Shown: one piece after another, positions 10,177 to 18,478 of the stretch | Layout: the number at the start of each line of letters is the position of its first letter | Numbering within the stretch: the first letter of the stretch is position 1 | From: Candidatus Sulfomarinibacteraceae bacterium | GTDB taxonomy: Bacteria > Acidobacteriota > Thermoanaerobaculia > Thermoanaerobaculales > Sulfomarinibacteraceae | Length of the DNA stretch: 64,000 nucleotides | Direction of reading: 5' to 3' | Assembly: GCA_963796455.1 (NCBI GenBank) | Contig: CAWCLO010000004.1 | Coordinates: forward strand, 256,001-320,000 | Notes under the pieces: model-generated | Seen by the model: the letters and a program-made list of their open reading frames with translations, nothing else | Database searches by the model: none | What the model was told of the DNA's origin: nothing | Position numbers and translations under genes: made by a program

Positions 10177-10258
10177 GTCGCCTCCCTTCGTTTCGAGCTT
10201 TTGAGTGTCTTGCTTATCAATATAGGTCGCGATCGCCCGTTTCGCCGCGGCCGGAAGC

Positions 10259-11161
10259 TTATTCGCCTGCTGCAGCGGGAGCTTGCCTCCGAAGGCGGAC
10301 TCTGAGGTCCCAGGAGTAGATCGCGAGGGCGATCCAGATCAGCGTGAAAGCGAGAGCGTGCGGTGCGGTGAAGGCCTCCCCGTAGACGAAGACCGCCAGC
10401 AGGAAGGTACAGGTGGGGGCGATGTATTGGAGGAGACCGATCGTTGAAAGAGGGAGCCGCCTGACGCCCTGGGTGAAAAAGAGCAGGGGCACGACCGTTA
10501 CGACGCCGGCAAGCATGAGCAGAATGTCGGTGGACCACCCGTGGTGGCCGAGGCTGCCGCTGCCCCGCGCGTCGATCACCATCAAGAAGGCGATGGCAAA
10601 GGGCGCCATGACCCCGGTTTCAAAGGTCAGACCGACCACCGCGTCGGCGTTCACCGTTTTTCGGAGCAGGCCGTAAAACGCAAAACTGAATGCCAGAACC
10701 AAGCTGATCCACGGCAGATGGCCGACCTGAAAGGTCAGAATCAGCACTGCCAGCGCGGCCAGCGTGACCGCAATCCATTGGGCTCGATCGAGACGTTCAC
10801 GGAGGACGATCAGACCGAGGAAAACGTTGACCAGGGGATTGATGAAGTAGCCGAGGGATGTGTCGAGGACCCGATCGGTGTTGACCGCATAAATAAAGAC
10901 CAGCCAATTGAGGGCAATGACCACGGTTGATACCAGAAGAGCGGCGACAGTCTTCGGTCTGCGAAGTACTGCCGCGAAATCCGGCCACCGTTTGCGGATG
11001 GTCATCCATGTGGCGACCACGAGAAGGCCCCAGACGACGCGGTGAGCAAGGAGGTCGGTGGCCGCCACATCCGACAGCATTTTCCAATAGATCGGGATGA
11101 GCCCCCAGAGAACAAACGCTGTGGTGGCGTAGACGACGCCGATTCTGGTCTCGCGGCTCAA
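10259..11161 (-). CDS. rarD: EamA family transporter RarD
   Basis: LWGLIPIYWK, LAHRVVW, SLGYFINPL, GLLQYIAPT; about 10 TM segments. Confidence 0.92.
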   Translation of the reverse strand: MSRETRIGVVYATTAFVLWGLIPIYWKMLSDVAATDLLAHRVVWGLLVVATWMTIRKRWPDFAAVLRRPKTVAALLVSTVVIALNWLVFIYAVNTDRVLDTSLGYFINPLVNVFLGLIVLRERLDRAQWIAVTLAALAVLILTFQVGHLPWISLVLAFSFAFYGLLRKTVNADAVVGLTFETGVMAPFAIAFLMVIDARGSGSLGHHGWSTDILLMLAGVVTVVPLLFFTQGVRRLPLSTIGLLQYIAPTCTFLLAVFVYGEAFTAPHALAFTLIWIALAIYSWDLRVRLRRQAPAAAGE

Positions 11162-11215
11162 GGATTGCCCCTCTTCACGATGGATGCAACAAGCTGAGAT
11201 CTCGATGTATTCGTT

Positions 11216-11413
11216 TCAGTTCGTTTCTTTGGAGCCCTTGTTTGGAAGCACGAAGGTCCCGTCAAGCCGTGAGACCAGGGACTCGAAACGCCGGTCGAGA
11301 TCATCAATGAGTTTCTGCGCCGCCGCCGCATCGATTTCTTCTCGATCGAGTCGCGCCTGGATCACCGCGCGGTGGTTTTCGTACCAACGGTCAGGGTCGA
11401 AATTGTAGGTCAT
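11216..11413 (-). CDS. Small hypothetical protein
   Basis: ATG with GAGG RBS, helical charged sequence, no overlap with other genes. Confidence 0.55.
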   Translation of the reverse strand: MTYNFDPDRWYENHRAVIQARLDREEIDAAAAQKLIDDLDRRFESLVSRLDGTFVLPNKGSKETN

Positions 11414-11460
11414 GTGCCTCGGAGGAGAGCATACTCCTGATTCGAGGAAGATGCTCCGCA

Positions 11461-11603
11461 GAGGAGCAGTTAGGAATTAGAGAATTCAGGAATTAGGAAT
11501 ACCCGCTCCTTATCACGGAAGGGACTTCAGGTACGGTTCTCCCTCGCTCCCTTTCTCCCTTTCTCCCTTTCTCCTCTGCCCCTCTGCCCCTCTGCCCCTC
11601 TGC
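11461..11603. repeat. Low-complexity 7-8-mer tandem repeat module (AGGAATT, CTCCCTTT, CTCTGCCC)
   Basis: Direct reading; shares the CTCCTTATCACG..GGTT.TCCCT module with 12600-12660. Confidence 0.8.
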
Positions 11604-11770
11604 CATACGAGGAGATGTATACTCGGGCCTTCAAGTTGAGCCCCCTCCCGCAGTTGGGGCTCGGAATCGAAATAGGCATCACAATATGGATCCAGTATCC
11701 AGAATCGAGAGTCGGGAAAATCCTGGAAGGTTATCCCTGTCGTTTCGGTTCACCTGGCGGAGGTTCGACA

Positions 11771-12718
11771 ATGGCTTTTTTCAGCACGAGGTTCATCATC
11801 ACCTTTTGCGCGATTTGTGCGGTTTTGTTGCCGGTGGCAGCGAGCGCACAAACCGACGCCGACAGCAAATTCGTTCTCGAACTCGAGGCCGGTCCGGCCT
11901 GGCAGACGTCGAACGACGTCCAGATCCCCAACGATGAGACGGGTACCCGGTTTTCGCTCAAGGATCTGGTCGGTACCGGTCCATGGGCAGCGGGTCGCGT
12001 CTACTTCACCTGGAACATCAAGCAGAAGCACGGTTTGCGTGTCCTGCTGGCACCGCTTTCATACACCGAGACGGGGATCTTTGACGAAGAGGTAAATTTT
12101 GTCGGCGAGTCCTATCAGCCCGGGGTTCCGACCGACGCGACCTACCAATTCAACTCCTGGAGGCTCACGTATCGTTATCTGTTCAAGAACGGCGAGCGAT
12201 GGAAGCTCTGGGTCGGCGGTACCGTCAAGATCCGCGATGCGAAGATCAAATTGCGTCAGGGCGATACCACCAGCGAGGACACCGACGTCGGGTTCGTCCC
12301 GCTGGCTCACTTTGGCGCAGACTACCGTTTTGCCGACCGGTGGCATTTCATCGTCGATATCGATGCCCTCGCCGGTGGGCCTGGACGGGCCATCGACGTT
12401 GGGCTCAAGATCGGCTACAACTTCAACGACAGTTGGAGTCTGCGGGCCGGATACCGCACCGTGGAGGGTGGCGTCGATATCGACGACGTCTACAACTTCG
12501 CCTGGTTCAACAGCGCGGTCGTTTCGGGAGCGTATCGATTCTGGAGCAGAGGAGCAGAGGAGCAGAGGAGCAGAGGAGCAGAGGAGCAGAGGACTGCCTG
12601 CTCCTTATCACGTGGATCGCTTCCGGTGCGGTTTTCCCTTTCTCCCTTTCTCCCTTTCTCCCCTTCGGGAACGGGATCGCGCTCGGGAAAGGAGTTGTCG
12701 ATCAAGATGTCATCCTGA
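11771..12718 (+). CDS. Outer-membrane beta-barrel protein; natural end probably ..GAYRF at 12541, read through into repeats
   Basis: GGAGG RBS, signal peptide ASA-Q, amphipathic strands; after YRF comes TGG and then repeat-encoded SRGAEEQ. Confidence 0.75.
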   Translation: MAFFSTRFIITFCAICAVLLPVAASAQTDADSKFVLELEAGPAWQTSNDVQIPNDETGTRFSLKDLVGTGPWAAGRVYFTWNIKQKHGLRVLLAPLSYTETGIFDEEVNFVGESYQPGVPTDATYQFNSWRLTYRYLFKNGERWKLWVGGTVKIRDAKIKLRQGDTTSEDTDVGFVPLAHFGADYRFADRWHFIVDIDALAGGPGRAIDVGLKIGYNFNDSWSLRAGYRTVEGGVDIDDVYNFAWFNSAVVSGAYRFWSRGAEEQRSRGAEEQRTACSLSRGSLPVRFSLSPFLPFSPSGTGSRSGKELSIKMSS

Positions 12719-12935
12719 GCGAAGCGCCTCTCGCGCGAAGTCGAAGGATCTGCGGTCCGTCTCATAGATCCTTCGACTACGCCCCTGTAGGGCTCCGCTC
12801 AGGATGACATCGGGTGGCGCCGTGCCCATGGAGGGGAAATCGGTGCAAGGTGGTTCTCCCTTTCCCCCGCGCTCCCTTTCCCCCGCGCTCCCTTTCTCCC
12901 TTTCTCCCTTTCTCCTCTGCCCCTCTGCCCCTCTC
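12543..12935. repeat. Composite repeat: (GGAGCAGA)x6, CTCCCTTT tracts, inverted pair of TGTCATCCTGAGC units, CTCTGCCC tract
   Basis: Direct reading; units 12708-12751 and 12766-12809 form a ~100-nt hairpin between convergent genes. Confidence 0.85.
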
Positions 12936-12942
12936 GCTCGGA

Positions 12943-15123
12943 TCATTCCTCAGCGAAGACCGGTTCGACCCCCATCTCCTCGAGCAGATGGTGGGCCCCG
13001 TCGATGCGGTCCATCACCCACAGCATGTAGCGGACATCGACGTGAATCGACCGCGTGACCTCGGGCAGGAAATCCCAGTCCGAGATCATGCTCTCCCAGT
13101 TGCCATCGAAAAGCAGACCCACGAGCCGGCCCTGAGCATCGATGGTGGCTGAGCCCGAGTTGCCGCCGGTGGTGTCGACATCGGACAGGAAGTTGACCGG
13201 CAACGATCCAATCTTCTCCGATGCGTAGGGACCGAAATCACCGTCTGCGATGGCGTCGAGCACCGTCTGCGGCGCGGCAAATGGGTCTTCCCCGGTGGCC
13301 TTGGCCGCCACTCCCTGGGCGGTCGTAAAGGGCCGGTAGACCACCGCATCGCGAGGCTCATAACCCTGGACATTGCCGAAGGTCACCCGCAGGGTCCCGT
13401 TGGCATCGGGATAGATCTCTTCACCCTGGGCAACCTGATAGGCGAGCAGGGCATTCATGAACCGCGGCCTCGCCTCGAGCAGCATGCCGCTGAAGGCTTC
13501 CTTCTCGGCCTCCAGAACGAGCCTTGTGGGGTACATTGCGATGGCCAGCCGAACAAAGGGGTCGTCACTGGATTCCAGTGTCTCGCGACCCGCGTCGAGC
13601 AGCGCCATGCGCTGGCCGGGATCGGTGAGTTCCGTCGCCATGTACATCTGGTGCAGAGTCGACGCGATGAGATCTGCGGAATCCGCCTCACCATCGATGC
13701 CGAACCAGTCGTCGAGCACCGGTAGGCGCTCGTCCTCGGGCAGGGCGGCGTATTCCTCGAGCGAATTCTGAAGGAGGGCCATGTCGACCTGGGCGTCGAA
13801 GCTCCGCGCCATCCGTGCGATCCGCGCCCGGATCCGACGCATGTCCCGCTTCTGATAGCCCGTCTTGCGTTCGGCGTCGGGCTTTTCCTGTTCGCGGGCC
13901 AACCGGTAGGCGGTGGCGGGTGCCGAGATCATCTGGTTGAAGTTGATGGAGCTGAGGATCTGATCGCGTTCGCGAAGATTACCCTGTTGGTCGAGCACTG
14001 CTTCGACCCCGGTCAGCGCATCGCCCCATTTCGCCTGGCGTGTGGGATCGGCGGCGATCCATTTCGCGAGTTCGGCCTCGAGGGACTTTTTCCTTGCAAC
14101 CGAATCAGAATAGGCGAAACCGGCGACCATTCCCTGGGCGTTCTTCAACGAATTGTTGAGATAGGACGAGGTGGCGGCGTAGGCAATGGCCGCATCAGGC
14201 CGACCCTCGGTTTCGCGGGCGATGATGTCGAGGCTTTCCTTACGGCTGGCGACACGCTGGGGATAAGTCCAGTTGATGGCTTCTTCGACCTCCGACGCCA
14301 GACGGTAGCGGTTGGTGCGGCCGGGGAAACCGACCACCATCACGAAGTCGCCTTCCTCGACGCCCTCCGTCCCAAGTCGCAGCCAGTGTTCGGGCTGGAA
14401 AGGCACGTTGGCGTCCGATCGGTCGGCGGGTTGGCCGTCGGGCCCGACCCACGCCCGATACATGGCGAAATCGCCGGTGTGGCGAGGCCACATCCAGTTG
14501 TCAATGTCGCCGCCGTATTTTCCGATGGAGGACGCTGGTGCATAAACCAACCGCACATCGCGGATCTCGAGCTGGTCGTAGAGGCGGTACTCCGCGCCTC
14601 CATGGAAGGTGGAGACCTTGCAGCGGTGGCCGGGTGTCTCTTCGCACCCGGCGATCAAGGTTTTTTTGATGTTCTCGATTGCCTTGAATCGGGCCGGTCC
14701 GTCGGAATCCTCGGGGATCGAGGCCAGCACCTTGGAGGTCACATTCTTGACGGCAACGGTGACGTAGATCCTCGCGCCGGGTGAGGCCGGCAATTCGTCA
14801 CCCCTGGTGGTGGCCAAAAAGCCGTTTTGGAGGAGGTTGTTGTCCTCGCTCGAATTGAACTGGATCGATCCATAGGCGCAGTGGTGGTTGGTGGCCACCA
14901 GGCCCTCGGGCGATACGAAAGATGCCGAACACCCGCCGAGCGAGATGATCGCTCCCATCGGATGGCCGGTGAGATCCGAGAAGTTCTTCGGGTCTGTATC
15001 GAGGCCCGCGGCCCTCAGTTCCTCGGCGATCTTCGGCAATTGGTCTGGCAGCCACATGCCGTCACCGGCGAAGGAAAAAGAAGCTGTCACGACGACGACG
15101 AGACATAAGACGAAACTGCGCAT
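12943..15123 (-). CDS. S46 family dipeptidyl peptidase
   Basis: Signal peptide, DGMWLP, GGCSASFVS, TNHHC, DNWMWPRHTGDF, YPDANGTLR, DTTGGNSGS. Confidence 0.95.
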   Translation of the reverse strand: MRSFVLCLVVVVTASFSFAGDGMWLPDQLPKIAEELRAAGLDTDPKNFSDLTGHPMGAIISLGGCSASFVSPEGLVATNHHCAYGSIQFNSSEDNNLLQNGFLATTRGDELPASPGARIYVTVAVKNVTSKVLASIPEDSDGPARFKAIENIKKTLIAGCEETPGHRCKVSTFHGGAEYRLYDQLEIRDVRLVYAPASSIGKYGGDIDNWMWPRHTGDFAMYRAWVGPDGQPADRSDANVPFQPEHWLRLGTEGVEEGDFVMVVGFPGRTNRYRLASEVEEAINWTYPQRVASRKESLDIIARETEGRPDAAIAYAATSSYLNNSLKNAQGMVAGFAYSDSVARKKSLEAELAKWIAADPTRQAKWGDALTGVEAVLDQQGNLRERDQILSSINFNQMISAPATAYRLAREQEKPDAERKTGYQKRDMRRIRARIARMARSFDAQVDMALLQNSLEEYAALPEDERLPVLDDWFGIDGEADSADLIASTLHQMYMATELTDPGQRMALLDAGRETLESSDDPFVRLAIAMYPTRLVLEAEKEAFSGMLLEARPRFMNALLAYQVAQGEEIYPDANGTLRVTFGNVQGYEPRDAVVYRPFTTAQGVAAKATGEDPFAAPQTVLDAIADGDFGPYASEKIGSLPVNFLSDVDTTGGNSGSATIDAQGRLVGLLFDGNWESMISDWDFLPEVTRSIHVDVRYMLWVMDRIDGAHHLLEEMGVEPVFAEE

Positions 15124-15457
15124 TTTGGATCCCCCCAATCCTCGACTGAATGCGCCGAAACGGCGCCGGTAAAAATCCTAGCAGACTGAATCTTCAGGAA
15201 TCTTCAGACCGTCACGAGACGAATCGGACAATTCAAACGAAAAATAGTCGTGAGGTTTCGTGGCGAGCTGAGGTCTGCCACCGGGCGTTCACATGAAGCA
15301 AAGGACACGGTTGTGTGGAGAGCCGCTGGGCGGCAGTGCCACCTGCGGGCCTCCATCTGGTTTTGACGGCCGCTCTGGTGGTCGCTAAGGTGAGGTCGAG
15401 GCGACCACGAAAAACGATCATCCGAAGCCGCTGACCCACAGGCGAGTCATCGCCGGT

Positions 15458-17386
15458 GTGCTTTCGGTCCTGGTCCTGACCGGGGCACTGGGTGTCATTC
15501 GGGCTGGTCTGTGCGACGGCTTCGTGAGGATCTCGGAAGATCGCATCCGCAACTCCTTGGTTGCCGTGTTCGGTTCATCGCACACGGTGGCGAGCCCCAT
15601 CGCACCGATCGCCTGGACGGGCGCGGGTCCCCTGGTCTTTGACGGGTTGCCGGTTGAGCGAGGGCTCAAGGTGGAGCTCAAGTTCCGTTCGGATTCCGGT
15701 CTGGTTCCGGTGCAGATCACCATCGACGGGCGGAGTGCGCACCAGCTGGAGATCGGTCCGGCATGGCGAACCCATGAATTCTGGCTGCGCGAAGATGGAG
15801 ACAGCCTCGCGGCAATCCAGCCGGAGGCGCCGGCCGTCCCGATCCATATCGCCAGGGTCAAGATCTCCAACGTCCTTCACTATTCGGAAGGCCTCTTCGA
15901 AGCATGGATCGTGCGCAAGGATCAGATCCATGCGCCCGCCGAAACCCGAGCCACGTGGTTGCCTCTTGTTCTTGGACTCGCCGCGATGGTGGCGGTGATT
16001 GTCTGGCTGTCGATCGGGTCCGGATCTTCCGTTTCCGCTGTTCGTGGATTCGGTTTGTGGGTCGGTGCAGCCGTGGTGGGTCTGGCGCTGACCCGGCTTG
16101 TGGTGGCCGCCTCCGGGTACCTCCTTATCCTGACTCCTCAAACAGCCGCCTCGGTCATGGTGGTGCCGTGGTTGGCGTCTCGTTTCTGGCCACAGATCCG
16201 TGGAGCCGTGGCGATTTCCACCCGGACCCTCCTCGACTCGCCCTTTCTGAGGCTGACGCTGGCGGTTTCGGGAGTCGTTGCGGGGTGGACGCTGATCTTG
16301 TGGACGCTCACCATGGGACCATTTGATGGCGACGCGCGAGCGGTGGCGCGATTCGGATCCCAATTTCCCGTGCCGGCGGTCCTCGAAGACGTGATGGAAT
16401 ACAGCACCTCGGGCTATGACGGGCAGTTCTATTCGGTCATTTCCACGGATCCGTTGCTTCGCGACCAGGTGACCCTCGAGTGTCTCGACAACCCGTCCTA
16501 CCGTGCGGCACGGGGATTTCTGCCGATGCTCTCGTGGCTGAGTGTGGCAGGATCCAGCGCCCACGCCCCCTACGCCTATGTGGCCTGGTGTTGGATTCTC
16601 GGTTTGGCCGGACCCTTTCTGGCGCTCGTGTGGCTTCGCGGAGCTCCATTTCAACTCTCTCTTTTTATCGCTCTGGCCATGAACGGTGGGCTTGTGGTGA
16701 GCGTGACGAGAGCCACCCCCGATGCGGCCGCAGTGACCTTGATTTTGGTCGCTTTGTTCGTGGCGAGCAGGCCTGGGGCGACGTCTGCAACTGCGTTCGC
16801 TGGAGGGTTGGCCGTCGTTGCTCGTGAGACCTCGGTGCTGGCGGTGCCTGGGATGGCTTGGCCCGCGATTGTCGAACGAAGGTGGATCCGTGCTGCGCTC
16901 ATCCTCGGAACGCCAGTCGCCGCGCTGGTCTCGTGGCGGATCTATGTCCGGTCCGCCACGGAAAGGGGGGTGGGTGAGGCGTGGAAGAACTTCGGTCCTC
17001 CGCTGGGTTGGTTGCCGTCGAAGGTGCACCGGATGGTGGCCGACGGTTGGGACCCCGGCGCCATCGAATGGACCGGTGTGGCCTGGGTGCTCCTTTGCAT
17101 CAGCTGCGCGGCGTCCTATCTGTTCTGGAGACGAGAGATCTCTCCGGTTTTGGTGTCGCTGGTGCTCTTTTCGGGCTTGGCGATGGTGCTGAACATGTTG
17201 GTCTTTGTGGAGGCCTTTGCATTCACCAGGGTGCTGATGGTCCTGCCGTACCTTGCCGCTCTGCTGGTGCCCGGTGAACAGCGCCGATGGCGCCGTGTTC
17301 TTTTGATGTCGATTGTCGGGTTGGCGGCCTGCCAGGGATGGTTGCTCCTGGAATTCGAATGGGACCATTGGCAACACGGTCTCTGA
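15458..17386 (+). CDS. Polytopic membrane protein, GT-C-like glycosyltransferase/glycopolymer-formation family; start uncertain
   Basis: GYDGQFY..DP..YRAAR..P motif, ARET motif, many TM helices. Confidence 0.6.
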   Translation: MLSVLVLTGALGVIRAGLCDGFVRISEDRIRNSLVAVFGSSHTVASPIAPIAWTGAGPLVFDGLPVERGLKVELKFRSDSGLVPVQITIDGRSAHQLEIGPAWRTHEFWLREDGDSLAAIQPEAPAVPIHIARVKISNVLHYSEGLFEAWIVRKDQIHAPAETRATWLPLVLGLAAMVAVIVWLSIGSGSSVSAVRGFGLWVGAAVVGLALTRLVVAASGYLLILTPQTAASVMVVPWLASRFWPQIRGAVAISTRTLLDSPFLRLTLAVSGVVAGWTLILWTLTMGPFDGDARAVARFGSQFPVPAVLEDVMEYSTSGYDGQFYSVISTDPLLRDQVTLECLDNPSYRAARGFLPMLSWLSVAGSSAHAPYAYVAWCWILGLAGPFLALVWLRGAPFQLSLFIALAMNGGLVVSVTRATPDAAAVTLILVALFVASRPGATSATAFAGGLAVVARETSVLAVPGMAWPAIVERRWIRAALILGTPVAALVSWRIYVRSATERGVGEAWKNFGPPLGWLPSKVHRMVADGWDPGAIEWTGVAWVLLCISCAASYLFWRREISPVLVSLVLFSGLAMVLNMLVFVEAFAFTRVLMVLPYLAALLVPGEQRRWRRVLLMSIVGLAACQGWLLLEFEWDHWQHGL

Positions 17387-17420
17387 TGCAGTGTGCGCGC
17401 GCTCACTGCGCGATCGCAGG

Positions 17421-18443
17421 ATGACGATCCGGGTCCTCCTCCTTGCCGATACCCACCTCGGCTTCGATTTCCCTTCGCGACCGCGGGTCGAGAGGAGGCG
17501 CCGGGGTCCGGACTTCTTCGCCAACACCCGGCTGGCGCTCGAACCGGCGCTCCGGGGCGAGGTGGATCTGGTGGTACACGGCGGCGATCTCCTTTTTCGC
17601 AGCAAGGTCGGTGCGGGCCTCGTGGCGGCAGCCTTGGAGCCGTTGCTCGAGGTCGCGGACACCGGGATGCCGGTTTTTCTGGTTCCGGGCAACCACGAGC
17701 GGTCGGCACTTCCGTATCCGCTTTTGGCGACCCACGAACACCTTCACATTTTCGATAGGCCGCGGAGCTTCAATTTTCTCGTCGGAAAAACGACCATCTC
17801 GATTTCCGGTTTTCCATGTGAGCGCAAGGGCATTCGGGGACGATTTGCGGACCTCGTTAATCAGTCATCCGCTCTCGATTCCACGGCGGACATCCGGCTG
17901 CTCTGTCTGCATCAGACCTTCGAAGGCGCCCGAGTCAAGGGTTATACCTTTCGAGGTGGCGACGATGTCGTGCCGGGACGCGATATTCCATCGGGCTTTG
18001 CCGCGGTATTGAGCGGCCACATTCACCGGGCCCAGGTCCTCACCCACGATCTGGGAGGTCTTCCGTTGGCGGCACCGGTGGTTTATCCGGGCTCGATCGA
18101 ACGCACCAGTTTTGCCGAACGCGAAGAGACCAAGGGTTATTTCATCCTCGATCTGGATCCCGATGCCGCCACCGGCGGCCGGCTCGAGAGAACCGAATTC
18201 TCCGAGCTTCCGGCGCGGCCCATGTTCGTGATCACCATCGACGCGACCGGACTGCCTCCGGAGGCCCTTCGGCAGCAGATCTTGAACGAACTGGGTAAGA
18301 TTCCCGCGACCGGAGTTGTTCAGCTCGCGGTCGATGGCGTGTTATCGAGCGAGGCGTCGGAGGAGATTCGGGCCGCGCGACTGCGTGAACTCCACCCTCC
18401 GGAGATGACGGTGGAATTGAGATACCGACGCGAACGTCGGTGA
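17421..18443 (+). CDS. SbcD/Mre11-like DNA repair exonuclease (metallophosphoesterase)
   Basis: ADTHLG, GGDL, PGNHE, LSGHIH, YPGSIERTSFAE. Confidence 0.88.
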   Translation: MTIRVLLLADTHLGFDFPSRPRVERRRRGPDFFANTRLALEPALRGEVDLVVHGGDLLFRSKVGAGLVAAALEPLLEVADTGMPVFLVPGNHERSALPYPLLATHEHLHIFDRPRSFNFLVGKTTISISGFPCERKGIRGRFADLVNQSSALDSTADIRLLCLHQTFEGARVKGYTFRGGDDVVPGRDIPSGFAAVLSGHIHRAQVLTHDLGGLPLAAPVVYPGSIERTSFAEREETKGYFILDLDPDAATGGRLERTEFSELPARPMFVITIDATGLPPEALRQQILNELGKIPATGVVQLAVDGVLSSEASEEIRAARLRELHPPEMTVELRYRRERR

Positions 18444-18478
18444 TAATCTCCATGCAATAACTGGAACCCGGGGGGGCC

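Noticed and set aside
17421..18443. SbcD-like nuclease as part of a defence system
   Set aside because: No SbcC/SMC, helicase or other defence gene is adjacent
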